A stretch of 64,000 nucleotides of DNA from an uncultured Nitrososphaeraceae archaeon. GTDB taxonomy: Archaea; Thermoproteota; Nitrososphaeria; Nitrososphaerales; Nitrososphaeraceae. Below the pieces are notes generated by a model, which did not search any database, was not told where the DNA came from, and saw nothing but the letters and a program-made list of their open reading frames with translations. This document shows, in pieces, positions 12,280 to 23,727 of this stretch. Within the stretch, counting starts at the first letter, position 1. Every line of letters begins with the position of its first letter. The translations under genes and the position numbers were made by a program. Location of the stretch: NCBI GenBank assembly GCA_963765895.1, contig CAVXZB010000084.1, positions 224,001-288,000 of the forward strand, given 5' to 3'.

Positions 12280-12744
12280 CTAACGATAGGATTTCTGCTT
12301 TCTGCGCCTTGCTCCAGGACCACCAAATTTCTTCGATTCGGTCTGTCTGGGATCGCCGGCCAAGAAGTGTCTGTCATAGTTAATTATTTTTTTGCGAATT
12401 TCCTCTCTTACGCTCTTTGATAGAGGATGTTCTTTGGGATCCTTACCTCCCTTCGCTTCACCAGCAATTGCCCGAGATATTGCAACTGCGCTTGCAAATG
12501 CCTGACCCATAAAACCTCCACCCTGAACCTTTACATTGATGTCAAACCTGTTCCTTAATTCACCTATTATATTCAGTGGTGTTAGTACTACTTCCCTTGC
12601 CACTTCTGGTTCTACCAGCTCTGCGGGAATATTGTTGATTCTTACTCGGCCGCTACCCTTAGAAATGGTAGCTGTAGCACGACAAGATTTTCTTTGTCCC
12701 GGATAAAGATCTGTTTTATGCATTAGATTATCATCCCTTTCCAT
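12280..12744 (-). CDS. rps9: 30S ribosomal protein uS9
   Basis: GGGFMGQA, KKFGGPGARRRKQKSYR; true start may be the Met at ~12723. Confidence 0.95.
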   Translation of the reverse strand: MERDDNLMHKTDLYPGQRKSCRATATISKGSGRVRINNIPAELVEPEVAREVVLTPLNIIGELRNRFDINVKVQGGGFMGQAFASAVAISRAIAGEAKGGKDPKEHPLSKSVREEIRKKIINYDRHFLAGDPRQTESKKFGGPGARRRKQKSYR

Positions 12745-13196
12745 CCGATTTGCCTTGCTATCTCACCCATGGTAACATAATATGATGGAGACTTTGTAAT
12801 TTTACAGTCTTCAAAGGTTTCAAAATCAGCTTTTTTCAATTTCTCTGGAATGCCATTATAAACCCGTAATTTTTTTAATGCTACTTTGCCATTTGACTTA
12901 CGTTTAGGTAACATCCCTCTAACCATTCTCGTCAATATTGTATCCGGTCTTCTAGGATGAAATGGGCCATGAATTGGATTCGTTGCGGAGGCTACTTCAA
13001 GATTTTTCTTGTATGCATCTATTGTAGCATACTTGTTCCCAGATAACATGGCTTTTTCAGCGTTTACAATAGAAACCATTTTGCCTTGTTGTAATATTTT
13101 TGACACGCGAGAACAAATTCTACCTGCAATGCAGTTTGCAGCGTCTATGGTTACTAAATGGCCCTTGTCAGTAAGCTCTGCCTGTCTTTCAGCCAA
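12723..13196 (-). CDS. rpl13: 50S ribosomal protein uL13
   Basis: IDAANCIAGRICS, GPFHPRRPD, RMVRGMLP. Confidence 0.95.
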   Translation of the reverse strand: MAERQAELTDKGHLVTIDAANCIAGRICSRVSKILQQGKMVSIVNAEKAMLSGNKYATIDAYKKNLEVASATNPIHGPFHPRRPDTILTRMVRGMLPKRKSNGKVALKKLRVYNGIPEKLKKADFETFEDCKITKSPSYYVTMGEIARQIGWKGMII

Positions 13197-13539
13197 TTAT
13201 TCTGACCCCCTTGCCCTCGGGATAGGATTGGGTAAGATCTGCGACAGTTACGATCTTTCCCCCACAATCATACAGTTTTTTAGCAGCTTTTAGAGACATT
13301 GAAAAAGCACATACAGTGAGTTTATGATTAATCTTGCCTGACCCAAGAATTTTACCCGGAACAATAATAGTTTCCCCTTCTTTAGTAACGCTTGCCAGTT
13401 TGCTAATATTAACTTCACTTGCGCGTGATCTCGAATTCGCAAGCTTATTCTCGAGATGCTTCCAAATTGGGGCCCTCTTGGATTTGAAAGCCTTCCGAAG
13501 AACCCATGTAGTCTCACTCGACATACTTTTAGTAATCAT
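13189..13539 (-). CDS. rpl18e: 50S ribosomal protein eL18
   Basis: VNISKL, IVPGKILGSG; conserved rpoD-L18e-L13-S9 order. Confidence 0.93.
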   Translation of the reverse strand: MITKSMSSETTWVLRKAFKSKRAPIWKHLENKLANSRSRASEVNISKLASVTKEGETIIVPGKILGSGKINHKLTVCAFSMSLKAAKKLYDCGGKIVTVADLTQSYPEGKGVRIIG

Positions 13540-13582
13540 AAGCGATCAGTCGTCAATCGTATTTAATCATAAATAAATGTAT

Positions 13583-14239
13583 TCAAATTCTCCTAGATAT
13601 TTCTAAGGATCTGATAACTTCATCAAAGTTTCTTATTTTTGAATCTAATCTCTCTATTGCAGCCGTAATTGTCTCTTGGGCCGTTAGCGCCCCATTCGTC
13701 TCGACCGTCAAAATAGACTCATTTTCATCTTTCCCATCTATCACAACTGACGCTGATGTAGGCTGCCACTTTGCATGATCCTTTCCAAAGCCCAATCTAG
13801 CATAAGCTTCGAACTTTATCTTTTGGGCAGGTGCAAGAACTATAATTGGAATTGCCGTACTTATCGGCTTTACTACCTCATCTTCAGACACCAGGTCACC
13901 AGACGTGACCACTTTAGTCTTATCATTAGCTTCTGAGTCCATAGAGAGTAACACCCTGCACTTAGAGCAACCCAAAGTACTATTGCAATCACAATCGTGA
14001 GGTAACACGAATCTATGTAAGTCAGTTCGTAATGGAATAAGGCCCAACCTGTGGGCTACAGCTTCATCATGCATCACTGACGAGTTTTCTAGAATTACGA
14101 CGTCATCAATGGCCAAGGTAGGAACTTCGTTTATAGATAACCTTCTTATCGCATTTACATACTGTCTCGGTGCGTTAATGAATCTTATGACAACCTTATC
14201 ACTAACGTTTTCAAGTATTTCAATAGATGCTGAAGTCAA
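13583..14239 (-). CDS. rpoD: RNA polymerase subunit Rpo3 (D)
   Basis: NAIRR, VPTLAID, ENSSVMHDE..AHRLGLIP, CDC...CSKC, GKDHAKW. Confidence 0.95.
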   Translation of the reverse strand: MTSASIEILENVSDKVVIRFINAPRQYVNAIRRLSINEVPTLAIDDVVILENSSVMHDEAVAHRLGLIPLRTDLHRFVLPHDCDCNSTLGCSKCRVLLSMDSEANDKTKVVTSGDLVSEDEVVKPISTAIPIIVLAPAQKIKFEAYARLGFGKDHAKWQPTSASVVIDGKDENESILTVETNGALTAQETITAAIERLDSKIRNFDEVIRSLEISRRI

Positions 14240-14572
14240 GCCTTAATAAATCCATTCAGTACGTATTAAAAATCTACCGAAAGTTATACACCGAAGCTGT
14301 TAACATATAAAAATTATAGTCAATTTACATTATTATTTAAATGATATCCAAGCTACGTTTGACAATCTGTGATATAATTCTCCGATGGGATGAAGTTGTT
14401 TATCCATAAATTAAAGTTATTTTTTCATCTTATATTACTAGTTAATATTTTACACTGTTTTCTGTCTATAAGGAAACCATATTTAGTTTACATGGATAGA
14501 TAATATTGTAAAATACATATTTTATGATTAACGTCTAATAGAATAAAAGAAATCATATTTCTAAAATATATT

Positions 14573-16148
14573 ATGTTATGTTATAATATTTTTTATATTT
14601 CCTCCTACGTGGAAAGCCTTATAATGTATGTGAAAACGATGGGAACAGCTGTTTTATTTGTAGGTATTTTCGTTGGCCTGATCGCATTATTGATAACTAG
14701 TACAGTTAGCAATGTACTGGCTCAGCCCGCATATCCGCGTACTGAGAACTACACAAAATCTAGTCCTGCAGTACCATACAGTTGCTTCAAGCATGTGGGT
14801 GTAAGCGCCGAGACACCTAATGGAGACAAAACAAAGCCATTGTTGGTAGATAAGGATGGAAACCTGACACCATGTGATATAAATGAAGGAGATAACGCCT
14901 GGATGTTGGCAGCTTCTGCACTTGTGCTGATAATGACTCCAGGCGGACTCGCAATATTCTATTCTGGTCTTTCTAGACAGAAAAATGCTGTAAATACACT
15001 TCATATGGTATTCATAGCAACTGGCGTAATAGCGATACAGTGGGTTTTATGGGGATATAGTTTAGCTTTTGGACCTGACGCAATGGGCAATGGTTTCATA
15101 GGAAATTTTGCTTGGGTCGGCTTACAAAATGTTTTGCATGATGTTCCATCAGACGTTTACGGAGGCCTAGCAGGACCAACCATACCTCACCAAACGTACA
15201 TGATATTCCAAATGATGTTCGCTATTATCACTCCTGCTCTTATTGTCGCGGCACTCGCAGAAAGAATGAAATGGAGCGCATTTTTGGTCTTTATAGTGCT
15301 CTGGGCCACATTTGTCTACGATTTTGCGGCTCATTGGACATGGTCACTGGGATCTGGCGGAACACATGTCGGATGGACGGGAGCGCTACCATCGTTGGAC
15401 TTTGCAGGAGGAACAGTAATCCATGTGACTTCTGGTTGGTCTGGACTGGTTATTGCGCTCATGCTCGGGAGGAGGTTGGGATATGGCAAGATTCCAATGG
15501 AGCCTCACAATCTAACACTCATCGGTACTCGGAGCTGCTCTACTATGGTTTGGATGGTTTGGCTTTAACGCAGGTTCCGCAGCTTGGGCAGGAACAAATG
15601 CTACGAGTGCATTTGTTGCCACGCAAATTGCAACTGGCATGGCCGCTGTGACATGGATGTTAATTTCGTGGGCCCATACAGGTAGAGCGTCGACTGTTGG
15701 TGCAGCATCTGGTGCTGTGGCAGGCTTGGTAGCAATCACTCCCGCATCTGGATATGTTGGACCTATGGCATCAATCATCATTGGAATAATTGCTTCCATT
15801 GTTTGCTATGCAGCAGTCATGTTTAAGAACAAACGCAAATGGGATGATGCCCTCGATACCTGGGGGGTTCATGGAATGGGCGGTCTTGTTGGGGCACTAC
15901 TAACTGGAATCTTTGCCCAAAAGATGTATACTCCGATCGCTAATGGACTCGCATTTGGAAATCCACAGCAATTATTGAATAACGCAATCGGCGCATTTGC
16001 AGCGCTTGCTTGGTGTATGGGAATCACTGCCGTTATAATAAAGGTCATGGACGTTGTGTGGCCAGGGGGAATCAGGGTTACTCCAAAGGAAGAAGAGATA
16101 GGGTTGGACTTGACCCAACATGGAGAAAGAGCATACGTTACAGAGTAA
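14573..16148 (+). CDS. amt: Ammonium transporter (Amt) with N-terminal extension; +1 frameshift at ~15525
   Basis: DFAGGTVIH, WFGWFGFNAGS (after repair), DDALDTWGVHG, EEEIGLD..HGE; true start probably ~14624. Confidence 0.93.
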
Positions 16149-16248
16149 CTTTCCCATTATTTTATTAACAAATAGGCCGGTTGCTTGAATATCTCGCGGA
16201 GAGACAACCAAGTATATATTTTTATTTTAGAGTAGATTTTACTAATTA

Positions 16249-16941
16249 GTGCCAGAGAGTAAGTTTAGTGTAGTTCGACTGATTTTTGGAAATAATAAAT
16301 TTGAAATATTGGTGAAGCCTGATCCCGCTCTAGAGTATAAACTCGGCAAAATACACGATCTCTCAAAGGTCCTTGTTTCCGATGAAATTTATACCGACGC
16401 AAACAAAGGATCAAGGGCGAGTAGCGACAAGCTATCAAAATATTTCAGGACTTCCGATCCAATGGAGGTAGCAAAACAAATTCTTCTTCGTGGCGAGCAT
16501 AGTCTTACAACTGAACAACGTAGAAGGATGATAGAAGAAAAGAAAAAGCAGATTGTTCATTATATTAACAGAAATTTTGTTGACCCAAGAACACATTTGC
16601 CACATCCACCCCTTCGAATTGCTAGCGCAATGGATGAAGTAAGAACTGTAATCGACCCATACAAGAAGGCTGAAGACCAAGCAAAAGTTGTAATAGATGC
16701 TGTCAGAAAGATTTTGCCCCTTAAATCAGAAAACGTCATCCTGACGATTACTGTACCGTCTTCATGCGCAGCCCAGTCTTATAGCGCACTGAAAAATGCT
16801 GGTAGTCTTAAGGAAGAGCAGTGGCTTGCCGATGGTTCGCTAAAATTATTAATAGAAACCAATGCCGGAATGAAGGGGGATTTATTGGACAGAATTGGAT
16901 CTATAACAAGAGGTACCGCTTCGATAACTGAGCAATTATAA
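16249..16941 (+). CDS. sdo1: Ribosome maturation factor SBDS/Sdo1
   Basis: FEILV, LTTEQRRRM, DPRTHLPHPPLRI; first gene of the exosome superoperon. Confidence 0.93.
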   Translation: MPESKFSVVRLIFGNNKFEILVKPDPALEYKLGKIHDLSKVLVSDEIYTDANKGSRASSDKLSKYFRTSDPMEVAKQILLRGEHSLTTEQRRRMIEEKKKQIVHYINRNFVDPRTHLPHPPLRIASAMDEVRTVIDPYKKAEDQAKVVIDAVRKILPLKSENVILTITVPSSCAAQSYSALKNAGSLKEEQWLADGSLKLLIETNAGMKGDLLDRIGSITRGTASITEQL

Positions 16942-17053
16942 CAAAATTCAATCGTACAATTAACATATAAGTCCCCTCCTATAGACCAAATGCAGAGAAT
17001 GAAAACATTCATTTCATATGAACTTAGTGAAGAGTGGGTGACCTGTTAGGATC

Positions 17054-17830
17054 ATGCAGGAAATCAAACGAAAATATGTAGTTCCTGGTGATAAAATTAT
17101 AGAGGGTAACTTTAGACCTTTAATGAATGTGATTAAAACAGGCAATGCGATTATTGCAACGAGGATAGGAATTGCAGAGGCTGGTAGAGATGGGATCAAG
17201 GTTATACCGTTATCTGGCGTTTACATTCCGAGAGTAAACGATATCGTGATAGGAAAGATTACAGATCATTCATCCTTATCCTGGGAGGTAGACATAAATT
17301 CATGTTTTTCTGCTCATCTTCCTGCCCAAGATGTTTTCGGGAGGGATTTTTCTCCTGCGAGGGATGATATGAACAGGCAATTAGCAACAGGAGATCTAAT
17401 TACTGCACGGATTATCGCATTTGATCGAACAAGAGATCCAATGCTTACTGTTCAAGATAAAGATTTAGGAAAAATTGCTCGAGGTGAATTGCTAAAAATA
17501 TCTGCAACACGAGTTCCACGTCTTATAGGTAAGCGAGGATCAATGATTCAGACGATTGAACAAGCTACGCAAACTAGAATTATGATTGGTCAAAACGGAA
17601 TCATTGTCGTCATGGGTAAGCATTTAGATGGGACGCAATTAGCCATTAGGGCTATCAAAATGGTTGAGGAAGAAGCACATATGTCAAATTTAACACAGAG
17701 AATCAAGATTTTGCTCAATGTGTCGGATGGTTCTCAGGTCGACGTCCATGCAAATCAACCACAGGAGAATCAGAAGGAATCTACCTTAAAAGTTGATGAA
17801 TCCGAACCCGAGTCGGAGATAGGACAATGA
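17054..17830 (+). CDS. rrp4: Exosome RNA-binding subunit Rrp4
   Basis: [12 protein letters not shown]1 domain; KH domain [16 protein letters not shown]. Confidence 0.95.
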   Translation: MQEIKRKYVVPGDKIIEGNFRPLMNVIKTGNAIIATRIGIAEAGRDGIKVIPLSGVYIPRVNDIVIGKITDHSSLSWEVDINSCFSAHLPAQDVFGRDFSPARDDMNRQLATGDLITARIIAFDRTRDPMLTVQDKDLGKIARGELLKISATRVPRLIGKRGSMIQTIEQATQTRIMIGQNGIIVVMGKHLDGTQLAIRAIKMVEEEAHMSNLTQRIKILLNVSDGSQVDVHANQPQENQKESTLKVDESEPESEIGQ

Positions 17831-18570
17831 CCCAAACAAGAAATTTAATTGATGCCAGGGGGTTACGAACTGATGGCCGAACTCCAGATGAATTGCGCGA
17901 GATTAAAATACAGATAGGAGTAGTGAAAAATGCAGATGGTTCTGCATTTATAGAATTTGGTAATAACAAGATTATAGTTGCGGTGTATGGTCCACGAGAA
18001 GTACATCCCAAACACATGGCGTTGCCTGATCGATGTGTGCTGAGGTGTAGATACCACATGTCCCCATTCTCGACTGACACGCGTAAAAATCCTGCCCCAT
18101 CTAGGAGAGAGGTCGAAATCTCAAAAGTCATGAGAGAATCACTCGAACCGGCCTTAATGTTAGAAGATTATCCCAGAGCAGCAATAGACGTTTTCGTTGA
18201 AGTATTGCAAGCGGATGGTGGATCAAGATGTGCAGGAATCACTGCTGCTTCTGTAGCTCTTGCAGATGCTGGAATAAATATGAGAGATATTGTAACGGCT
18301 TGTGCAGCAGGTAAAGTTGACGAAAGGATTGTCCTGGATATAAACGACACCGAAGACAAGGAAGGCGGAGCTGACATGCCAGTAGCGTACATGCCTCATT
18401 TGAACCAAATTACCCTATTACAACTAGATGGTATATTAAGCAGTGATCAGTTTAAAGAATGCTTAGATAAAGCGTTGAATGGCTGTAAGTTGATCTATGA
18501 AATTCAAAGATCAGCATTGATGAAGAAGTATTTCGGAAGCGAATCTGAGGAGATAAGAGACGAACAATGA
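17827..18570 (+). CDS. rrp41: Exosome catalytic subunit Rrp41
   Basis: RTDGR..ELR, ADGSA, YGPRE, QADGGSR; RNase PH fold. Confidence 0.96.
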   Translation: MTQTRNLIDARGLRTDGRTPDELREIKIQIGVVKNADGSAFIEFGNNKIIVAVYGPREVHPKHMALPDRCVLRCRYHMSPFSTDTRKNPAPSRREVEISKVMRESLEPALMLEDYPRAAIDVFVEVLQADGGSRCAGITAASVALADAGINMRDIVTACAAGKVDERIVLDINDTEDKEGGADMPVAYMPHLNQITLLQLDGILSSDQFKECLDKALNGCKLIYEIQRSALMKKYFGSESEEIRDEQ

Positions 18571-19394
18571 GTTCTTCCAAGCGATCTACGCTAATTGTAG
18601 AACATCTGCGAAAACAACAGATGTGGGACGCCATTTCGAAGGGTAAGAGACTTGATGGCAGGAATTTAGATGAATTAAGAACGCTAAACATTGAACTGGG
18701 TATTATAAAGAAAGCAAATGGATCTGCAAGAGTAAGTCTGGGCAATTCTGAAGTAGTGGCTGGAGTAAAGGTTGAAACTGGTGAGCCTTTCGAAGGATTA
18801 GAAAATAAGGGTGCATTGATTGTCTCCGCAGAAGTACTCCCTACTGCTTCTCCATTTATCGAGCCTGGTCCACCTGACGAAGAAACTGTAGAATTAGCAA
18901 GGGTAGTTGATAGAGGAGTTAGAGAATCTGAAATGATCGACCTAGACAAATTGGCCCTAATTCCGGGAGAAATTGTCTATACAATATTCGTTGATTGCAG
19001 CATAACTAACGCGGACGGGAATTTATTTGATTGCACGTCCTATGCGGTGGTTTCAGCCTTAATGAGTTGCAAACTTCCCGTCTTCGAAATTCAGGACAAC
19101 AAGGTAATCGATACCGGTGCAATAAAATCTACGCCCATTACAACAATACCAGTATCTATAACTGCGGCTAGAATAGGAGATTCAATAATTTTGGATCCAA
19201 CTGCAGAGGAAGAAGCTTGTATGAATGCGAGGATAACTATTACTACTAATTCAGATAATAACTTTACGGCCGTTCAGAAGGGCGCTACCGGAACCTTTAC
19301 TAGCGAACAAATTAAGAATCTTTTGGATACTGCTAGGGTAAAGGGAGAAGAAGTAAGAAGTAAAATAAAGGAGACGACAAGAATTGGTGAGTAG
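18567..19394 (+). CDS. rrp42: Exosome subunit Rrp42
   Basis: [37 protein letters not shown]. Confidence 0.96.
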   Translation: MSSSKRSTLIVEHLRKQQMWDAISKGKRLDGRNLDELRTLNIELGIIKKANGSARVSLGNSEVVAGVKVETGEPFEGLENKGALIVSAEVLPTASPFIEPGPPDEETVELARVVDRGVRESEMIDLDKLALIPGEIVYTIFVDCSITNADGNLFDCTSYAVVSALMSCKLPVFEIQDNKVIDTGAIKSTPITTIPVSITAARIGDSIILDPTAEEEACMNARITITTNSDNNFTAVQKGATGTFTSEQIKNLLDTARVKGEEVRSKIKETTRIGE

Positions 19395-19608
19395 AAGGAA
19401 GCATAGATCCAGTTCGCTTAAGGGTCTAGGGATCAAGTTTGGTGCGACCGTTCGTAAAAGATATGGCATGGCGTACAAGACATTAAAGGAAAAAAGACGG
19501 TGTCCATCTTGTGGCTCTCTACAATTACATAGAATTGCTTTAGGGATTTGGCATTGTCCAAAATGCAACTATAAAATTGCATCAGGAGCATATGATGTCA
19601 ATTTATAG
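19384..19608 (+). CDS. rpl37ae: 50S ribosomal protein eL43 (L37Ae)
   Basis: KFGATVRK, CPSC, GIWHCPKC, SGAY. Confidence 0.92.
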   Translation: MVSRRKHRSSSLKGLGIKFGATVRKRYGMAYKTLKEKRRCPSCGSLQLHRIALGIWHCPKCNYKIASGAYDVNL

Positions 19609-19858
19609 AAATTTCAAAACTGAAATGACCTTTTCTTTCGATCCTGTTTGTCCTAAATCAGATGACATTGCCAAATCTCTCTGTTTGTCGTTGAAATCAG
19701 ACACTCGATCCGAATCAACGAATACTGAGAGTAAATTTGCGGTAAGAGATTCAAAATTACTTATTCAAATATCGACAACAAATATCGCTGATTTAAGAGC
19801 ATGTGTTAATACTAATCTTAGGCTAACAAATATGGCATATTTATCAATTTTGGATTGA
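19577..19858 (+). CDS. pcc1: KEOPS complex subunit Pcc1
   Basis: DLRACVNTNLRL C-terminal motif, size and superoperon position; start probably ~19596. Confidence 0.75.
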   Translation: MHQEHMMSIYRNFKTEMTFSFDPVCPKSDDIAKSLCLSLKSDTRSESTNTESKFAVRDSKLLIQISTTNIADLRACVNTNLRLTNMAYLSILD

Positions 19859-20246
19859 TAAGAGGAATCGATGTACAAAGTTAAAAAATTCTCGGTACTG
19901 TCTAATTATACTAATAGCGGACCACTTAATCACGAGTATATTTTTGAGTGTATCAAGTGAAATGCTTTACACACGTTAGCTGACAAGTATAACTGGATTT
20001 GACTAGGAAGACTGCTAGGATTGTCAAATATCTTGAGGGTATTGAACCAAGAATGGCGTCTATATTGTTCTCTAGCGCAGTAATCATAACACGATGGTTC
20101 CAAACAACTAACAGATCCATACCTATTTCCCTCAAAATGTTTTTATTAATTGACAAGATTGTCCAATGTATAGATTTTGTATTGCGTAACCCACTTAGTC
20201 GTAAATACACATTTGGTATTTATAATACCATTCACATCATAGTACC

Positions 20247-20645
20247 ATGAGTGAACAAGAACTTCCACCATGGTTAAGAGAACAGGTATCTCGCTTACAA
20301 CAACTTCAACAAAATCTACAATCTATAATGATGCAAAAGCAGCAGGTCGAAATAGAGGCCATGGAAACTGGTAGGGCGATAGATGAGTTAAAAAAAATAG
20401 GTCCAGACGACACTATCTATAAAAATGCCGGACCTCTACTCATTAAAGCAAACAAGGATGAAGTATCAAGAGAACTCGAAGAAAAGAAAGAATTATCAAA
20501 TACCAGATTGATGGTGTTAACAAAGCAAGAAACACGGGTCAAAGATAATCTGAAAGAAGTCGAGGCAAAGATAAACCAAATGATTGCCGGAGCTCAAGGA
20601 ACAATTGGCAGCTCTGTATCTAATTCGAAAAATCAAAACGAATAA
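20247..20645 (+). CDS. pfdB: Prefoldin beta subunit
   Basis: Coiled coils flanking the IYKNAGPLLIK hairpin. Confidence 0.93.
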   Translation: MSEQELPPWLREQVSRLQQLQQNLQSIMMQKQQVEIEAMETGRAIDELKKIGPDDTIYKNAGPLLIKANKDEVSRELEEKKELSNTRLMVLTKQETRVKDNLKEVEAKINQMIAGAQGTIGSSVSNSKNQNE

Positions 20646-20748
20646 ATGCCCACCCCTTAACGTGGACTACTCTAAATACGTATTCTAAGGTAATATTCAA
20701 CTTAGAGTCAGTTAGTTATTGGTACAGCTGCTTAACTAATGAATAATA

Positions 20749-21483
20749 ATGTCTGTTAGGATTGTTATCGATGAGAGGGAACGAAACAGCCAAATACCCA
20801 AGTTACTCTTGGATGCAGGAGTTAGGGTCAATTTTGCGCAATTGAAAGTTGGGGACTACATAACTTCAGCCGCGACCGCAATTGAAAGAAAGACCATCAA
20901 CGACCTGATCTGTTCTATATATGATGGAAGATTATTTTTGCAATGTAGTGACTTAAACCAGTTTTATTCCAAACCTGTGCTCCTTATCGAGGGCAACATA
21001 TTGGATCTTGCAGATATTCCAGTTGGAATTACAAATGACAAGCAATTGAAAACCCTCGTTGAAAGACTGCCTCTAGCCTACGAAACACTCTCGAAAATAG
21101 TATTAAATTTTAGAATTCCAATAATACCTACACCATCTGCGGAGTACACAGCCCAATTGCTAATTCTTATGGCAAAAATTGCAAGAGATAAGGAAGACGA
21201 CAATGGTCCATTATTAAGGAAAATAAGGAAGGGAAAACCAGCATATTATCAACAGCTTTCGATTTTATCTTCGATACCAGGCATAGGAGACAAGCTGGCG
21301 ATTAGAATGCTTCAAAAATTCAAAACACCAGACAGAGCATTGAATGCAAGTATTGCAGAGCTCGCGATGGTTTCCGGCTTTGGAACAACACGTGCAGTTA
21401 AAGTAAGAGAAATCCTTGACCGGATGGTTGTTGACGATTTAGATTTTGCGGTGCAGACTACCCTCAGTGACAACGGAAGTTAA
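20749..21483 (+). CDS. xpf: Short-form XPF/ERCC4 structure-specific endonuclease
   Basis: VIDERE, VGDY, IERKT..DL..SIYDGRL, HhH repeats IPGIG and VSGFG. Confidence 0.9.
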   Translation: MSVRIVIDERERNSQIPKLLLDAGVRVNFAQLKVGDYITSAATAIERKTINDLICSIYDGRLFLQCSDLNQFYSKPVLLIEGNILDLADIPVGITNDKQLKTLVERLPLAYETLSKIVLNFRIPIIPTPSAEYTAQLLILMAKIARDKEDDNGPLLRKIRKGKPAYYQQLSILSSIPGIGDKLAIRMLQKFKTPDRALNASIAELAMVSGFGTTRAVKVREILDRMVVDDLDFAVQTTLSDNGS

Positions 21484-21579
21484 AGCCTTTATTGCCAGAA
21501 TTCGTGAATATAGTTACTTCAAGTCTACCGTTCTACCAAGCCCGATCTCCTTTTTTGCATACATTTTGATAACTTCAAT

Positions 21580-23727
21580 CTAAAGAGATACAGACTGGGC
21601 TTGGAATATCGATGGAGAGTTACAAAAGGGACAATTCGCACTATTCAATGCAGTGGACTTCTTGCCACATGTATTACATATCTTAATCTTTAGCTTGGGA
21701 CGCATGTAATTAAGATTAGAAGCGATTTCTAGCGTCTTTTTTGTGTCTGAAATAGAAGTACTGTTGCTAAAATCGATATCGACAGATAATCCTCCATTAA
21801 GTAGTCTATCTATCGCATTAAATTCCTCTATAGCCCTAATCGTGTCCTCACCGTGCAAAATTTTGGCGCCATCTAGTAACATACCCTGAGAATATATATC
21901 ATACTCCTTCTTTGGTGCAAGTATAAGACTTCGACCATACTTGTCGGAGTCGAGAGTGGCAAATCTAGAAGTACCATGATCGTGTATCATAGCAACTCCT
22001 ATTGTTTCTTCACCTAATTGTTTTCCTTGATCCATTGCCACATCGACTGAAGTCTTAATTACTTTGTGCAATATTTCTGGCCCGTTATTAGTAGCATCGT
22101 GTCCCAGGATATCGTAAACTGCCTCTCTAGCTCCAGCCAGGTTAATTATTATGTTAGCAACCCCTACTTCCATGTATTTGGCGCTACTTGCAACTATTGG
22201 TAGCGTTCCCTTCAGTATCAGATCGGTAATAATTTTCTTTCTAATTGATAACGCCATTAATGCTGGCTTAATTAACATCGCAAGCCGGGCACGAAAATAT
22301 GTTTCATCCTTGTTTGATTGGTAGGCAATTCTGGGAAGATTAATTGAAAGGGATTGCAATGTTATAACTGTGTTCGAAACCTTGTCACCAATGGATTTTC
22401 TAACTCCATTATTAGATCTTGTACCATCTTTAGAAATTGATATGACTCCCCCAAGTCTTATATTAGACGCAACCCTTTCTGAATGAATTCCAAATTTATG
22501 ACTGTTGGGATTGTATATTAATTCGAGGCCAATTCTGGGTATAGGCGTGCATTCAACATACTTTGAATAGCCAACTAGCAAGTCATCAATAAACTTGTCC
22601 TCCAATTCTTCTATAGGTAATATTATCGTCGTGAGAGGTAATCCAGAAATAGAGTAAGATGGGGATGATGAAGCATTCATTAACATTTTAGAAAATAATG
22701 ATGCAACGTTTCCCAGATTATCGGATAATTCTAGCATCTTGTGAGGTACCCCTTCCAATACGATTTCTGTGGAGGCCTCTCTGTTCAAAAGTGAAATCAA
22801 AATCGAAAGTGTGGAAACAAGGTCGTCAGATCTACGTAGGTTCTCGAATCTTGATACGTTCAGGTATTTCCCTTTAAAATTTAAACCGTTTGCACACAGG
22901 TCGTTAACATTGAGAAATATACTATCTGGCATTAGTCCCCAGGTACCGCAATGTGATATGTTTAATTCTCCTGCTAAATGCATATCAGCTAGATCCTTTG
23001 GAAGCACATTATTCAGAAGATGTTCAGAGAATAAGGAATGTGACACCTTAGAAAAAATACTGTCCATTCCATTTTTGAGTTTGTCGACACTAGCTAGCAT
23101 ATCCACTATATCGGAAGTTGGCAAACCTACCCTCGCCAACTTGTTTCGATAATCTTCATATCCATGCTCCACGAGTACGGAGTTCACAGTTTCTCTGATT
23201 AATGACGAGGTGAGATATGCAGTTTGAAATTTATAGATTTTATTTTCAACCTCTTCTGTAATTTTATGGGCTTGTTCGAGGGGCATATTAGCTTCTCTTA
23301 CCAGGGATTGTACTATTTTGTGTGCGTTGAATTCCTCAATCGAATGTCGAGAGGTCCGGACGTACATTTTACCACTCTCAACTATAGATCGTTCTTCGAT
23401 CTGTCGAGCAAGACTCAATACTAGTTTGCCTAAATTAGTAATAGTGTACCTGCGTTCAGACTTATTGAGAGCAACTAAGGATTGTCTTAGGAGCTTTCTC
23501 AAGTGATACGCAAATTTGCCGGACTCCTTTTTGGATTTAAATCCGGCAAGCGATTTTAACTCAGAATACGTAAGCGGTCCTTTAGAATTTAAAATTCTGA
23601 GGATATCAATCCGGTTAGGACTCGCCATAACCGAGAATATCATTCTAACCCTTTTAGTGGCTGATTCTAATACTCCTCCTCGTCTAGATTCAGTTTGAAA
23701 TGAAAATTCATGGCTCAACTGTTCCAT
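21580..23727 (-). CDS. ArsR-like wHTH + ATP-cone + class III RNR (NrdD)-like barrel + Zn ribbon; probably catalytically inactive
   Basis: SPNRIDILRIL...YHLRKL wHTH; VRTS...EEF...KIVQSL ATP-cone; HLAGELNI and SINLPRIA NrdD-like motifs; CNTC/CPFC; no C-terminal glycyl-radical RVxGY motif. Confidence 0.8.
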   Translation of the reverse strand: MEQLSHEFSFQTESRRGGVLESATKRVRMIFSVMASPNRIDILRILNSKGPLTYSELKSLAGFKSKKESGKFAYHLRKLLRQSLVALNKSERRYTITNLGKLVLSLARQIEERSIVESGKMYVRTSRHSIEEFNAHKIVQSLVREANMPLEQAHKITEEVENKIYKFQTAYLTSSLIRETVNSVLVEHGYEDYRNKLARVGLPTSDIVDMLASVDKLKNGMDSIFSKVSHSLFSEHLLNNVLPKDLADMHLAGELNISHCGTWGLMPDSIFLNVNDLCANGLNFKGKYLNVSRFENLRRSDDLVSTLSILISLLNREASTEIVLEGVPHKMLELSDNLGNVASLFSKMLMNASSSPSYSISGLPLTTIILPIEELEDKFIDDLLVGYSKYVECTPIPRIGLELIYNPNSHKFGIHSERVASNIRLGGVISISKDGTRSNNGVRKSIGDKVSNTVITLQSLSINLPRIAYQSNKDETYFRARLAMLIKPALMALSIRKKIITDLILKGTLPIVASSAKYMEVGVANIIINLAGAREAVYDILGHDATNNGPEILHKVIKTSVDVAMDQGKQLGEETIGVAMIHDHGTSRFATLDSDKYGRSLILAPKKEYDIYSQGMLLDGAKILHGEDTIRAIEEFNAIDRLLNGGLSVDIDFSNSTSISDTKKTLEIASNLNYMRPKLKIKICNTCGKKSTALNSANCPFCNSPSIFQAQSVSL

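Noticed and set aside
14598-14616. TTTCC-N8-GGAAA palindrome near the amt start as an NrpR operator
   Set aside because: Orientation and spacing differ from GGAA-N6-TTCC, and there is no matching site upstream of glnA.
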